Shown here: in pieces, positions 50,079-64,000 of the stretch
Numbering within the stretch: the stretch's first letter is position 1
How the letters are laid out: the number at the start of each line of letters is the position of its first letter
Assembly (NCBI RefSeq): GCF_963853765.1
Contig: NC_088861.1
Coordinates: 16,120,001 to 16,184,000, forward strand
Direction: 5' to 3'
Length of the DNA stretch: 64,000 nt
Source: Magallana gigas
Lineage: Eukaryota
Program-made: the position numbers and the translations under genes
The notes under the pieces: generated by a model
Seen by the model: the letters and a program-made list of their open reading frames with translations, nothing else
Database searches by the model: none
Told to the model about the DNA's origin: nothing

Positions 50079-53000
50079 TTCTAACCGATCTAACAATGAT
50101 GTTTAAAAATGGAGGATATCTCTTTATTCAAAATAACTTTGAACATATGATAATTTTTCAATTTTTTCTTCGTGCACCACCTCTGAATATACATCAAAAG
50201 AATAAAATTTATGAAAATGTTGGTTTCGATTTAATTTTGCGCATTGTATTGATATTTGCATTTGAAGGGAAAAAAATATACAGTCAAGTCGAAACTTTCT
50301 TCGTAAAATGCAGCGCATATGTTTTTAGAGAGGAAAAAAGTATACTGGTATATAGTTATAAATGATGATGTGACAGTGTACTTATGATTGAGCACTTTAT
50401 ATATGTCGCTTGTCAAAAGATCCTTTGGGTACATGCAATTATACAACTCATTTGCATTTTTTCATCACGTTGCGCATATAGATAAGCCTTTATTAGCAGA
50501 TGATGAAAAAAAGCCATTACATTTGAAGTTTTTTCTCATCGTGATAAAATGAATTCATTGTCATCACATCAAACTACAAGAAAAAGATGTGTCCGTTATG
50601 CATTAGTTTGTTTCTGGTTTATTTTACTTTTTTGCACTCTGATCTTCTATAGTTATATGTCTCAAATGACTATGGCAGGAGATTCCGTCTTCAATTCGAA
50701 CAACCATGGCCCAACAGGAGCGAAGCAAAGTAGGAAAGCTGATGATCTGTTCTTGCAGAGGAGTGTCCAATTGTTCGACAATGGACCACAATTTGATGCC
50801 TCTTTCTCGCCTTTGTATCATAAACAACCGCAAACACCAACCTTTGGACATACACCACAGAAGTACTTTGGTTCTGAAAGAGTTGTGCCAAACGTAGACT
50901 GTGGTTTGCTGTTTGAACAAAACGACAAAGAAATCAAGAAAGTTCGTGAAATGAATGTAATTTATGAATCGCAGTCATTTTGCCAACAAACAAAAGCATG
51001 TGAAAATTTCATCAAAACAAAAGGATACATTATGGATTCGTTATCAGAGGAGGAGAGGAATTTTCCGATTGCCTACAGCATTCTTGTTTATAAAAGCCCA
51101 GAGCAGTTTGAAATTCTTCTGAGGTCCATTTACCGACCACAAAACAGTTACTGTGTTCACGTGGATGGAAAAACAATAGGAAACGTCTTCAATGAATTTT
51201 CATGCATTGTACGATGCTTTCCCAATGTGAAGATGGCGTCCAAAAGAATTGAAGTGAATTGGGGAACAATGAGTGTTCTATTACCAGAACTTACATGAAT
51301 GAAAGACCTTTTATCAATTCCTAAATGGAAATATTTTATTAATTTAACCGGACAGGAATTTCCTCTTCGTACAAATTATGAACTAGTAAAAATATTAAAA
51401 GTTTACAACGGTTCCAACGATGGAGAGGGCACCATCAAAAGGTTTGCGCATGTTTTTTTAAAATTAAAGTCTTCCTTTGTTATTTTTTTTTGTATTGGTT
51501 CTTCTTACTTTTTCCGTAAAATCTTGTCAGACGATTTATAAAATAATAACCTGTTTTTTGTTTTTTTTCAAAGATGATAAAAAATGATAAATATTTTACA
51601 GTTTGTAAAATGTTTCATTGCGTTATTTCATGCTTAAATGTATCGACAATTTTCTTAATCTTTACGACATATTTTGTACAGAAAAATTCCCAAAAATTAT
51701 TCATGATATCAATATGAAATTTCAGACCTGAATACCAGGATTGGAGTTAAACAAGAATGTATTCTAATCTTAAATAAAAATTACCGGAACTCGCAGGGAC
51801 TCAAAATTTGACAACCAAACATCCGAAATTTTTTTTCCACAAATATTGAGTATTATTATATGATTTATTAATTCCTAGCTCTCTGATTGGTTTTTATCCA
51901 CTGTCCCGAAAAAACAGAACAGCACGTGACCTAGGAGGTCAATAAAACATTTGATTTCCTCTACATATGACTAAAATAGATCGTCCAATGAAAAATCGCG
52001 TTTCTCAATTATGCTCGGCTATGGCTTCAATCTCAAATTTTCGCCCGATAACATTCAATTTGATATGTCTGTATCAATTCGTCGCTGAATTATATAATAA
52101 AATAATCATTGCTGCTCTTTCGGTCAATACGATGATTTAGCCTTCGGCTCGGTGAATATTGTACTTCTCGGGTAGCAAGAAAATTTGAAGTTAAGGTTTG
52201 AAATCTGGTTCAGCCTTACTCACTCACTAAGAGCATAGTCAACCTTTTTTTAAATTGACCAAATCCATCAACTAATCATCTATCAGTTTCTGTTACTCTT
52301 GCATTAACTTAGAAACATTTAAATATGTTTCAAAAGAATAAGTGGTTTGGAAAAACTCCCAGTGGATTTATCAATGTATTACGGATCGCATTGAGAAATC
52401 ATTGCTGAAGACAAAATGGATTAATGATCGTAAGTTCCTTTGTAGATACAGCGCAAATGTGATGTCAAAGTGGAAAATAGATAATTCTGAGATGTGGACC
52501 TTCAATTTATTTTAATTTATATAAGAAATAAAGCACCGATATTATACTTATAGTTTTTTCACTGATAACAACACTACATGTTTATACAAACATTTTGATG
52601 AAGTGACAGAAGTTGTTTCTAAAAATATTCATATGATTGGATATAGCCTACAGCACTAAGACAGAAAAAAATCACAATATTTACGCAGTGACGTCGTTCT
52701 AGCGTGGGCTTCGCTTGGTGAATGGGAGGTAACTCTACTAATATGCCCTGTTGACCATCTAAATTCTTACAGAGTTATCTTCACACGGAAGTGACGTTAT
52801 ATCTGTATGTTTTATTGTCTGCAGTCTGGAATTTAATGCTAACAAACTGAAATTACAATGGTTAGGAGATCGGTAAAAATAACAGCGATAACAAAACAAA
52901 TTATCGTGGATATGAAATTTAAGGGGCAAAAATATTAGTTATTGTGAATTTTTGGGGAAAAAATATTTGTCGACTGGTGAGATCAAATCGTCGAAAAGAA

Positions 53001-53329
53001 AGACCGTCGTAACTGTATAATTAAAGACACAAAAACGAGTGAAAGACATATGATAAAAGGAATTACTAGTAAATTTAATGACACAGATATGCTAATAACT
53101 GTATTCACCAACGGACATACTTAAGATTTTTGCATGATTTTTATATATTTTATGCGATGAGTTAATAGGGAAAAAATGGTACTTTCCGAGATCAACATGG
53201 AAAAAGGGTTGCCTTGTGTTCTTTTGAAAAGAAAAACTAACAGTATATAATTTTTAAAACATTGTCATTTTTTCTGATGAGAGTCTGAAAACTTTAGGAG
53301 AAAATCAGAGTGTATAACATCTAAAGAGC

Positions 53330-54500
53330 CCTATGCTACTTACAGCTATGCATGTGCCTCCCTCTCCAGAGAATTCGAAGGCTTATAGTGTGGTAAAATC
53401 GGCAGCAAAAGGTCCTGTGAAACCGAACGTATTGTGTTTATTGATGTCGTTATCAACAACTTTGCTTTTGGAAGGCAGACAGATGTGCTTATTATGGACT
53501 TTTCCAAGGCTGTTGACAAAGTTGGTCACAGCCTTCTCATCAAACCTTTGATCCTATAGAATCTAGGGCAATGTGAACAACTGGATCGCGAGTTTACTTT
53601 CCAACTGAACTCAAGCTGGAATTGTCAACGAGGAAATGTCCAGTTACGCCGGTATTTAGTCGAAAGTACCCCAATTGTCGGTTCTTGGACCAAGCTTGCT
53701 TCTTTTTATTATATCAATGATATGCTAGAGGGCCACAGTAAGACAACACTGGTGTACCTTACTGTAACACATCAAAATCGGACACCCAAACAGTTAAGGC
53801 CGACCTAATTAAATTTGGCATTTGAGAAAGGAGATAGAAATTTGATTTTCATCCTGGAAAGTGCAACGTCTTGTCAATCAGCAGGAAGGCCATGCCAATA
53901 GACCACAAATACAAACTACATGGCCAGATCCTGGAACATGTTAAAAGTACAAAATATCTCTGATGTCTTATATAACATCAAATCTGAATTGGAGTGACCA
54001 CATTATAACATCTGTTGCTAGGCCAATAAGGCACTGGGCTTCTTAATTACGCCGTTATTTAAACATCAGTTTCACATCCATTAAGGAAAATGCATACAAA
54101 TCATTAACCAGGCCTTAACTGGAGTTTGCTTAACCTGTTTGGGACAGCTACATCCAGAAAGACATCCAAACTCTAGAAATAGTACAAAGACGTTCATCAA
54201 GTTATGTCGGCAACAGATCATGTGTGGACAGCATGATCCAACATTCCAGATGGCAGTCACTTGAACAACGTAATGGTATGGCAAGACGAGACAAAATGTT
54301 ATTTTAAAGAGTAATCGAATGACCAGGTTGTCACCAACAGAAACACCACTCGTACGACCTTCACGCAATACCCACTAGCTTGCCTATCAAATATCAACTT
54401 GAAATGGTGACTTCTAGTTTCACAAACACTCATTTCTTCCACGAAGCATCAGAGAATAGAATAAACTTCTCCCAGACATCAAGATAGCTTGTACACCCAA
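53330..54500 (+). mobile_element. Decayed CR1/L2-type LINE reverse transcriptase fragment in GCNT intron 1
   Basis: RSCETERI...DVLIMDFSKAVDKVGHSLLIK and VPQLSVLGP-like RT motifs, with stops and frameshifts. Confidence 0.8.
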
Positions 54501-55209
54501 AAAATTGAAGACTCGGGTGTCCGCCCACTTGCGTTCGTCCAGTTGGAACACAGTGCAGTGCTATTCTAAAACTTTAAGCTTTTTAATATTTTTGTGCTTA
54601 ATGCGAACCTCCGACCTGCCAAAATAATCAATATGATGATTGTGGACAGTATCAGGCAGAACAAGAAACAGGATGCATTACCTACCACAGGGAAGGTGCC
54701 GTATGTAGGTTAATGGGAATATTAATGCAGTCAAATACTGTATGTATTCATATTAGGAGACCAAATTTGGACTGTCACTCACTGACATTTCCTCTACACA
54801 ACCAATCTTTTTCATTACGACCACGCCCCCGTTCACATAGCTCGTATTACCCAAATATACATACAACAACATCATATTCCTACAATTGTATGGCCAGGCA
54901 AGCTCAACCACCGCACATTAATAAAATGAAAAAAATATGACTAAATATTAAAAACACTCTGCAAAATTAAGCTCCAAACACCAAGAGAAAACTTTGTACG
55001 AATACATCCTCTAGCTTTTATCAAGTCTAAGGACCACCTCACCAAGTATTGATAAAAGTAAGTCGGTTATTTATGATTATGTCGCAATTTACGAAGCGCG
55101 TCTTAGTTTACGTCCGCGATTTTTTTTCAAAAATCGTGAATACTTTTGTCACAGCGCTGTACTTGTCTATTCAATACTTGTTTTAAACATTTTACGTACA
55201 TTTCATTAA

Positions 55210-55724
55210 AGGGACTTGGTCACGATTTAAGATCAAAAATTTTATTTTTATTTTTTATGTATAAAAAGGTTAATTTGTGCATTTTAAATGATTGACCAAA
55301 ATATTGAATGTTAAAGTCAAGTTACAAGCGAGTTACAGAGGTAAGAATTGGCTGTTATGTAAACAAAGCTCGAGTCTTATAGTTGTTTACAAAAAATACA
55401 ATATAGAAAATTACCATTTCTTAGACAAAATGACATGTAAACAATAATTTAAAATAATTCAATATCATCATAAATACTATTATCAGCAAAAGAAAGATAC
55501 ATTTGATTGAAACTTACACCAATACAACACATATGTAAAAAATGACAATATTGAGCTTTGTTTAAAAAAAAAAAAGAATTATGAATTCTGTATCTTGCTT
55601 ATAATTTGATATTTGACTTTCAAATTTTGACAAAGCATTATAAACTTCTATATAAATAAGTATAAACACTGAAAATGGAAAAATAAAATTTGAAAATTTT
55701 AAATCAAATCGTGTCCAAGTCCCT
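55210..55724. mobile_element. 515-bp non-autonomous element with TTAA TSD (Kolobok-like)
   Basis: TTAA|AGGGACTTGGTCACGATTT ... AAATCGTGTCCAAGTCCCT|TTAA. Confidence 0.8.
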
Positions 55725-57156
55725 TTAACTTTCCTGAATACCTATTCTAGGGCTAACAAAGATAGATGGAATATAAAAGAGAAACCTCCCCACGATATAG
55801 TTCCGGTAAAAGGATCTGTCCACGTAACACTGAACAGAAGATTTGTGGAATACGTCATCACTAACAGGGTAGCTGCTGACTTCCTTGAATGGGTAAATAA
55901 AACGGGCATTCCAGATGAAACATTTTTTGCAACTTTGATTCATAATCCTCAGCTAGAAATACCTGGAAGTTTCAAAGGTAGGTAGTCTCTTTACCATTAA
56001 GAGAGTTTTCCCCGTTTTTGTTTTTCATTTTAACTAAATAAGTTGATAAATGTTGACCAAATAAATGATTATTTGTTTTGGCAGGAAAACTGGAAACAGA
56101 TTTTGGAATACAGAAGCCATTTCTTTCCCGATTCAAAAACTGGAATTCTTGGCCATGTGGTGGTAAATATGTTCGATCGATTTGCATTTTTGGAATCGAA
56201 GATCTCGCTCGTTTAGCTCGTCGGCCAGAATTCTTTGCCAATAAATTTCACTCCAATTACCAGGGGCATACTTTACTTTGCATGGATCAGTTAATCTACA
56301 ACAGGACGAGGGATGAGTATCTTCACCGATTGAAATTCGATACTAAGTATTACGAAAGTTTGAAACATATAAAGAATGTTGTTTAGAGGATAAATGATGT
56401 GTCTTAGCCGGTAATAGAACACGTCATCAGCGTTTTACTCCGACATTAAACATTAACTGTCAATCATGACACTTTGAATTTCAACTGTTAAGGATGACGT
56501 TTACTCAAATGAAAAAAATGCACTGATGAGAATAAAAACCATCTATTGTGTGTTATAGACCTTTTATGGAAGTGTTATTTTTCACTTTAAAAAAGTAGGT
56601 CATTGACCAGCTTTTTTTTCAAAAAGTAGGCCAATGACCTATTTGGTGAGGTAATGGCCATTGAATATCTTTTGAAATATTTAAGAAAAATCCATTAAAT
56701 ATTTACACTAAGATTGAGATTTTCCTTGTTGTGAAAATAATAAAATTTGCTTAACTCTTTTAAAAATGAAATACAGTTTATGAATGGTATTGACACTAAA
56801 TAGATAAAAACCGTTAAGTTTTCATTCACAGTTTTTATACACATTCCAGTCCAAATTTCCTCTATCGGTTTTCAAATTTTATTTTTTTGATTAAATTTAA
56901 CCAAAAAAAAAAACAAAAACCAAAAAAAACCCCAACCCCATAGATAATCACAGATTACAAAGCTCACCGAGATGAGGCATCATCTTTTTAATACCACCTT
57001 TATCATGTTATATAAAAACCATAGTTAATGATCCACGACATTTAATGGATACCGTTTTGACACAACATCGTATTTCATACGTTAAAAATAGTTTGATAAT
57101 AATATGTTCATTAAATACAGTATTGTAAGATACAATCTTAATCAACACAATCATAT

Positions 57157-58271
57157 AACAAGAGGCCCAGGGGCCACATCGTTCACCTGAGCAACAATTG
57201 CCTTAATTCTAATCAAATTAGCATTACAGTATCAAAATATCTTGATATTGCTAAAAAAATTGAAAATCTGCCAATTTTTATCCACCTCTTTTTTTTTGGT
57301 AAATACCAAGCCCCTTTTGTTGTTGTACCTTTAAGAAGATTTTTCTCTATTCCTATATACCCCCCCCATTTCATGGCCCTACTTTTCTCTAGGGAATCAT
57401 GGTTTCATCAAACTTAAATCTGCATAACCTGAGCTTTCAAACTTAGTACTGAGTTTGGACCGAAAACTTTCCCACAATATTTTTAAAGATTTTCTCTATA
57501 TATTCATATGTAAAAATTCAAACCGCCATCACGGCCCCGCCCAAGCACTAGGGACTGTGATTTTACAAACTTGAATTTACACTACCCGAGGATGCCTCTA
57601 CACAAGTTTAAGCTTTTCTGGCCAAATAGTCTTTAAAAAGAAGATTTTTAAAGATTTTCTCTATATATTCCTATGTAAAAATTCATCCCCCATTGTGGCC
57701 TCACCCTACCCCTGGACTATTATTTAAACAAACTTGAATCTTTACGATCTGGGGATGCTTCCACTCAAATTTGGGCTTTCCTGGCCTAATAGTTTTGAGT
57801 AGAAGATTTTTAAAGATTTTCTCTATCTATAAAAATTTATCTCCCATTGTGGCCTCGCCCTACCCCCAGGGACCATGATTTGAACAAATTTGAATCTACA
57901 TTATCTGAGGATAGTCACACGCCAATTTGAGCTTTCTTGGCCAAATAGTTTTTAAAAGATTTTTTTTTTATAGATTTTCTCTATATATTCCTGTATGAAA
58001 ATTTATCCCCCTCTTGTGGCCCCTCCCTACCCCTGGGGACCACGATTTGAACAAACTTAAATCTACACTACCTGAGGATGACTCCACACAAGTTGAAACT
58101 TTTCAGGCCGAATAGTTTTTGAGAAGATTTTTGAAAAATACCAAGAAATTTTCAATAATTCTCAATTATCTCCCCCTTGAAAAGGGCGTGGCCCTTATTT
58201 GAACAAACTTGCATCCCTTCACCTAGTGGTGCTTTGTGCAAAATTTGGTTGAAATCTGCCCAGTGGTTCTT

Positions 58272-58302
<31 letters not shown>

Positions 58303-58394
58303 ACAACGACGACGACGACAACGACGACGACAGACAACGGACAAGCTGTGATCAGAAAAGCTCACTTGAGCCTTTGGCTCAGGTGAGCTAAAAA
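57157..58394 (-). mobile_element. Non-autonomous Helitron/Helentron-type element with about five ~160-bp central satellite units (Cg170/HindIII-like)
   Basis: Ends AACAAGAGGCCCAGGGGCCACATCGTTCACCTGAG and (GAC)n...CTCACTTGAGCCTTTGGCTCAGGTGAGCTAAAAA; tandem units begin TTGAACAAACTTGAATCTAC at ~57410, 57565, 57725, 57882 and 58048. Confidence 0.8.
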
Positions 58395-58399
58395 GATAT

Positions 58400-59100
58400 T
58401 GCATCCTATGAAACTATTAAATATATATTATATGTTACAATATAGTACTGCAATATATAATGATACAATATGATATTGTAACATATGATACACCGTTGTA
58501 TCAAAATATGATATTGTATCATATAATATGATATGGGAATTATCGTGTAAAACATTTTGGTGTTTGATCACTTAATACAATATCATAATGTAGAATATAT
58601 GATACAATATAGTATCATGTGATAAAATTTCATATCACAAAATTGTAACATACGATACTATATTGTATGATACAATATGATATTGTATTGTATTGTATGA
58701 TATTGTATCATATATTAAATATAATTTGATACAACATTGTATTAAATCATACAATATCATGTCATGTAATAATATATTATATAATACAATTTCGTATTAT
58801 TCAATATCGTATCATATTATACAATATTACATATTACAATATCACATCATATGATTTAATATGATATATTACAATATCATATGGAAAAATATCATGTGAT
58901 ACAATAATATATAATCCAATATCATATTATACAATATTGTATCGTAATATACAAAATATGCTATATTTAACAATACCATGATACAATATCATATCACAAT
59001 ATACAAAAAACATTTTTACAACATAATAAATGATGAAATATTGTATCATATAAAACAATTATGTTCCATATCATACAATACTACATCGAAGGAATCATGT
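58400..59100. repeat. AT-rich low-complexity array of ATATCAT/GATACAAT variants
   Basis: Direct inspection. Confidence 0.75.
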
Positions 59101-59199
59101 TATATCATTTTACAACAAACACATCCATTAAACAAGTTTGTGTGAGGTAGGAGTTTTTTTTAATAACCTTTGATAATTTGAACTTTGCAAGTTTGAAAA

Positions 59200-60255
59200 A
59201 GTACTTCTAGCTATTAAACATGTGACCAGTTCCACAAAAACTAACTTCGCCAAGCATCCGAAACCTATGGCTCAGATTCAGAATTCAAGCCTGTCAGGTG
59301 CATCTGTATCATAAGACGCACCATCCATGCAAGTTTGGTGAAGTTAGGACCAGTTATAAGCTTATAACTAAGATATAATCATCGGAGGGCACCTGCTCTA
59401 TAAAGTTTAACCAGCTCTAAAAACCTTAACCTCATCCAGCAACTGAAACCTATAGCTCAGATTCAGCATTCAAGCCTGTCAGGTGCTTCAGTATCATAAG
59501 AAGCACCATCCATGCTCAAAAAAAAAAACTAACTTCGCCCAGCATCCGAAACCCATAGCTTAGATTCAGAATTCAAGCCTGTAATGTGCATCATAAGACG
59601 CACCATCCATCCAAGTTAGGACCAGTTATAACTAGGATATAATCATCAGAAGGCACCTGCTCTATAAAGTTTAACCAGCTCTAAAACGTTAACTTCTTCA
59701 GCATCCGAAACCTAAAGCTCAGAATCAGCATGCAAGCCTGTCAGGTGCATAAGTATCATAAGACGCATCATCCATGCAAGTTTGGTGAAGTTAGGACTGG
59801 TAATTACTAAGATATAATCATCAGAGGGCACCTGCTTTATAAACTTTAACAAGCTTTAAAAACCTTAACCTCATCCAGCATTCGAAACCTATGGCTTAGA
59901 TTCAGCGTTCAAGCCTGTCAGGTGCATTAGTATCATAATAGGCACCGTCCCTGCAAGTTTGGTGAAGTTAGGACCATAAGTAACTTAGAAATGGCTATTA
60001 AAGAGGACCTGCACCAAAACCTTTAACAAGCTCTTAAAACTTTAACCTCCTCCAGGATCTGATATTCATGGCCCAGATTCAACATCCCAAGTTTTTAAGT
60101 CCATAAGTAGGTCCAGATGCATCATCCATGCAAGTTTGGTTAAGATAGAACAATAACTTAGATACAGGACCTATAAAAATCTTAACCTTGTCTAAACGCC
60201 GACGCCAGGCCTTTACCGTAAGCTCCCCCCGACGTTCGTCTCGGTGAGCTAAAAA
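59200..60255 (-). mobile_element. Second Helentron-type element with a different ~150-bp central tandem repeat
   Basis: Repeated GCATCCGAAACCTATGGCTCAGATTCAG...CAAGTTTGGTGAAGTTAGGACC units; terminal CGCCGACGCC...CTCGGTGAGCTAAAAA matches the end of 57157-58394. Confidence 0.7.
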
Positions 60256-63200
60256 CGGAAAGATGATAATACTAAAAATATTTTACTATTAAACTAAGTA
60301 TATATTGACCTTACTCCGCTGGCAATAAAATTTATATTATTCATGCTGGATCCGCGCATGAAACAGACATTGACAATATGTTTTTAACAAGTAGATGTTG
60401 AATAGTGGTGTTGCATTGTCTTGAAAGGCTGCATTCATAGAAAGCATGTAGAATTTGTGTTATAAAATTGTAATAAATTCAGAGGGGGTGAATAGAAACA
60501 TATAAACTGGTCAAAATTTTTAATGCCCCTTTCTTACTTTGTATTATTTAGAAAGTCGTTGCCACTACCGAATGGTGTTGAAAATACTCAACTGTTCATG
60601 TAAAAAAAATTGTAATCTAGTAATTAATTACTCGACCATGATTGTAGTTGTTCGATACTTATGTTTTTCGGATGTGTTTTTCAAGACTCAATTCGATCAA
60701 TTCCCTGCCTTTAACTGCTTTCAAAAATCATAAAACTAATTGAGTAAAATGCGGCGCATGCATTCCCAAGAACCTTTAATATCAGTTGACGTGGTCCAAG
60801 CAGATTGCGGTTCACGCCGTGTTTGTTTACTTTAACAATATTTGCTTTATTTACTTTTAACCGTGAAAAATGACGTCATATAGACAATTAAACAGCTATT
60901 TTTAATTGAAAATATTTCTGATAGATTGCTAGATCTTATTACAGACACCATAAAAATCATTTTCAGGCTTGTCCGTAAATCTAATTCAACCGGAAGTGTT
61001 GAAGACCTACCATGAAGGGCAAAATGTCATATAGCGACACGTCAACATAACCGCTACATGAAGGTAACTCACCTTTCTGATAGACACCGTACAGCACGCG
61101 CTACTGTCCTGCACATTTTGTAATAATTTAATGGCATGTATGGATGGGACGAGATGAATCTAAGATTGAGACAGTTCATCAGCATCCGAATTTCGCAGAA
61201 CTAGACCACATATAGAACTAATGGAATAACCATCCACAAAGGTTTTATGTTGAATTGTGGGGTCTCTATGAAATGCTGTTATAAGTACAAATTGGGAACG
61301 CACGAGATGTTAACGTTGTGATTCTTATATCGTCGGTTATCTCTACCTTTTTCATTTTTCATAAAGCCCTTATTAATAAGTAAATTTTGATTGAGTTTAT
61401 ATCAAATTGCTTTGTTATTCTTTATTCCTTATATTTTATCATTGTTATGGTAAAAAATAGTTAGAATTAGGAACATTGTAATTAAAAAACTTGCCTGGGA
61501 CGCTATAATAGAGTGTTCTGTTTTATTTTCTGTTACTATTCTTTTTTTAAAATGTAAAATACATTTTGACCACACGTGAGTACCTCCAAGAATTTTTACT
61601 TGGAGGTGCGTATCTGGAATATCTTTCAGTTTTAAAAGTTTCAAAGAGTTACTCAAGTGTGGCTTTATTAAAATTTGGCGACAGATGCTTAATATATAAT
61701 TGTTAACAGATTTGACTTCCCAGAAGGTTAGATACAAGAGGAAACCTCCAATCACTGTTGGCTTTTCTTAAGGTTTATCCACTTTATCTCATATTTATAT
61801 GATTATATATATTAGTATATAAGTATTACTATATAAGGCTGAAATGTTTTTATATAAGTGTCTTCTGTTTATTAATTTAGTTACTAAAAATAAAATTTGC
61901 ATTGATTTATTTTCATTCGTTAATAACACATTTAGTACATAAATAGACAAAAAAACTTGTTTAAATCTCACGACCCCATTATTTCTAATAAATATGATTA
62001 TTTCATTATTCATATTTTCAATAAATATCTTCCTTAGTTAGTTTATAACTATCTTTTCAACATCATAATAAAAGTGGCTCCACAATTCAACCAAAAAAAA
62101 ATTGAACATAAAACCAGAACGAAGGTTAATTTGGTTTCATTAGAGTTGCGGGTTCCCCAAAAATCCTTAGTTATAATTAGTGTAAAGTGAATAGATATTG
62201 CAATTAATTTCTTTTGATGCTTTCAATTTTTACCGAGTCCGGTCATGACTGAAAAAAATCCACATATAGTTCATTGTCGAACATTTTGAGCACATTTGAA
62301 TCTACATTTAATTTAATTTCAAAAGTTATTCATTCCGAGTTAACGGTCCTATGTTGTTTATACCCAAGCTCCGAAGGAGAGGGTAGTATACTGCTTTACC
62401 CTTGTGTGCCTGTCTGTATGTCCGTTTTTCTGTCTGTCCGTAACAAATTTTCATTATAGATTTTTCAGCAACTAGTGATTCCATATTCTTGACCTTGTAA
62501 CACACTCATTGAATAGGTATACCAGGCAAAATTGAATTGAAAATAAAACAAGTATTCTTTTTAAAGGAATGATCGGCAAAAATGATTTATAGATAGCTAG
62601 AAGCAATCAACATGATCAGTTTGATGTAAAAAAATTAAAAAATACTGTATTTTATAAAAATATCGAATATTCTGAATCTGTACACCATAATTTTATCATT
62701 ATAAACCGTCAACAAATTTAACTTTGAAATAAATTTGGGGAAAGCCGTACATAAACTCCTTGTCTTGTTTTATATTTTTAACGTAATTATTAAATGTTAA
62801 TGTATCTTCTTCTTCTTCTTCAGAACACTAGGTAGAGCTCTTCAAAGAGCATTAACACGTATACACAGAAAGAGGTGAATTAAAATAATTTAAATCCGAC
62901 TGAAAAACATTGAATGCCATCATAACTTGCTATTGAGGTAGCATTATAACGTAACCTTGTTTATAAATCAAGCCATCTTCCCAGCTACTATTATGCACCA
63001 TCAATAGATCGAGGTCAGTTTATGGAGCATCTTCTTATGTTCGAGGTCAGTTCATCGAGGTCAACTGCATTACTGAATGAATCTTTCGATCGAAATTCTT
63101 ACGCGTGAGACAAAATGTGCATTCTTGAATTAACAGGTCGAATTCTATTTAATGTATGTTTGCATCTCTTAAGGTAAACGAATGGAAATAAAACTGAGTA

Positions 63201-63364
63201 AAATGTTATCTAAATACTAAACCAAAGCTTCAAGTTTTATAAGAACTACTTATGCAAGCGGAATGTGTGCGCACGTGGAAGCATTTGCCGGATGCCTCAT
63301 ATGGACACAATAGTGATCGGCCGAAGCCGATCACAAAAAATGAACAGTGAAACTGATAGAAATA

Positions 63365-63500
63365 CTTGACCCCCCCCCCCCCACACACACGGATTAGGAT
63401 TTTCAGGATTTTGAAAAGTAACGTTTTTTTCTTTGTTCTTGGCTTGTCAAGATATTTTGGATGAGTTTGGCCCCCCACATTCAAAAACTATGCTACATAT
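63365..63500. mobile_element. Remnant of the G/C-tract MITE family; an inverted remnant lies at ~45410-45560
   Basis: CACGGATTAGGATTT internal motif and a degenerate ATGCTAC end shared with 21695-21990. Confidence 0.5.
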
Positions 63501-64000
63501 CTGTAAACAATATGGTAGGAATTATTTTTGTACCAATCAGACGCCGACTTCTTTTCTCTATTTGTAGTTCAAATTTACTTACAAACTATCAATTGCAGAT
63601 GCATTAAATCTTAACACAACCTGTTTCGGTATGTCATATGGTGGGATTTTTTAAAACAGTTTTGATTTGAACTTCTTGTTAATTTTAACTTGGTTTTTGT
63701 TCTATAATCACATTCAGAGCGAGGGTATCACTAGTAAGCATTGACTCACAGCTATCTTGTTCATTCACATTTACAGAAAATAATCATTTGTTTTTATCTT
63801 AATTTAAGGGATACGCCACCTTGATTTATGTTTAAGAAGGTATGTTTTATGTAATGGAATAACTCGATATTTTTCAATTCTGATCCACATATCTTATTCA
63901 TGTTTCTATTTAAAAACAACTGGTTTGTGGTCATTATATATCATTTAATACGCCTTCTTTAAATGAGTTCCTGTGTGAACAATGAGTTCGAATAAGTGTT

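Larger units (their letters stand above)
50549..56386 (+). pseudogene. Core-2/I-branching beta-1,6-N-acetylglucosaminyltransferase (GT14, GCNT-like) with an in-frame TGA; null allele or pseudogene
   Basis: Exons 50549-51441, 55751-55977, 56085-56386. Type II TM, then [59 protein letters not shown] motifs. Codon 250 (51296-51298) is TGA in ELT*MKDLL, where GCNTs have Cys (ADLNCMKDL). Confidence 0.85.

Noticed and set aside
56500-56535. ATGAC...AAA...TGAT as a SECIS in the GCNT 3' UTR
   Set aside because: The predicted helix II has several mismatches and is too short; the nearby ATGATGTG/CACGTCAT stem is canonical pairing, not a kink-turn.
63012-63063. Three AGGTCA nuclear-receptor half-sites
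   Set aside because: No adjacent gene in the window, non-standard spacing, and probably a short local duplication.

Overview
AT-rich animal genomic DNA, most likely Pacific oyster (Crassostrea/Magallana). That assignment is an inference from a Helitron/Helentron-type element carrying a ~160-bp satellite that resembles the oyster Cg170/HindIII family. The main result is missed by the ORF track. 3.7-29.1 kb holds four tandem minus-strand copies (A-D) of an unrecognised multi-exon gene, reconstructed by hand from GT-AG junctions. A-C are intact 14-exon ORFs (340, 336 and 344 aa). All their introns are phase 0, and the core is eight exons (seven of 69 nt, one of 75 nt), each encoding one ~23-aa helical repeat (TFHxQQ...MxxVFxELM). 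Copy D is diverged, has fewer repeats, carries a stop, a frameshift and a 3.6-kb TIR element, and lies head-to-head with ACTR6 (12 exons, 29433-38508). Also present: a 7-exon type I membrane protein gene (40406-44867, minus); a 3-exon core-2/I-branching GCNT-like gene with an in-frame TGA at a normally conserved Cys (50549-56386); an orphan 5' exon near 2.3 kb; and many MITEs, SINE/LINE remnants, hairpins and satellites. Coordinates were counted by eye; repeat boundaries are approximate.
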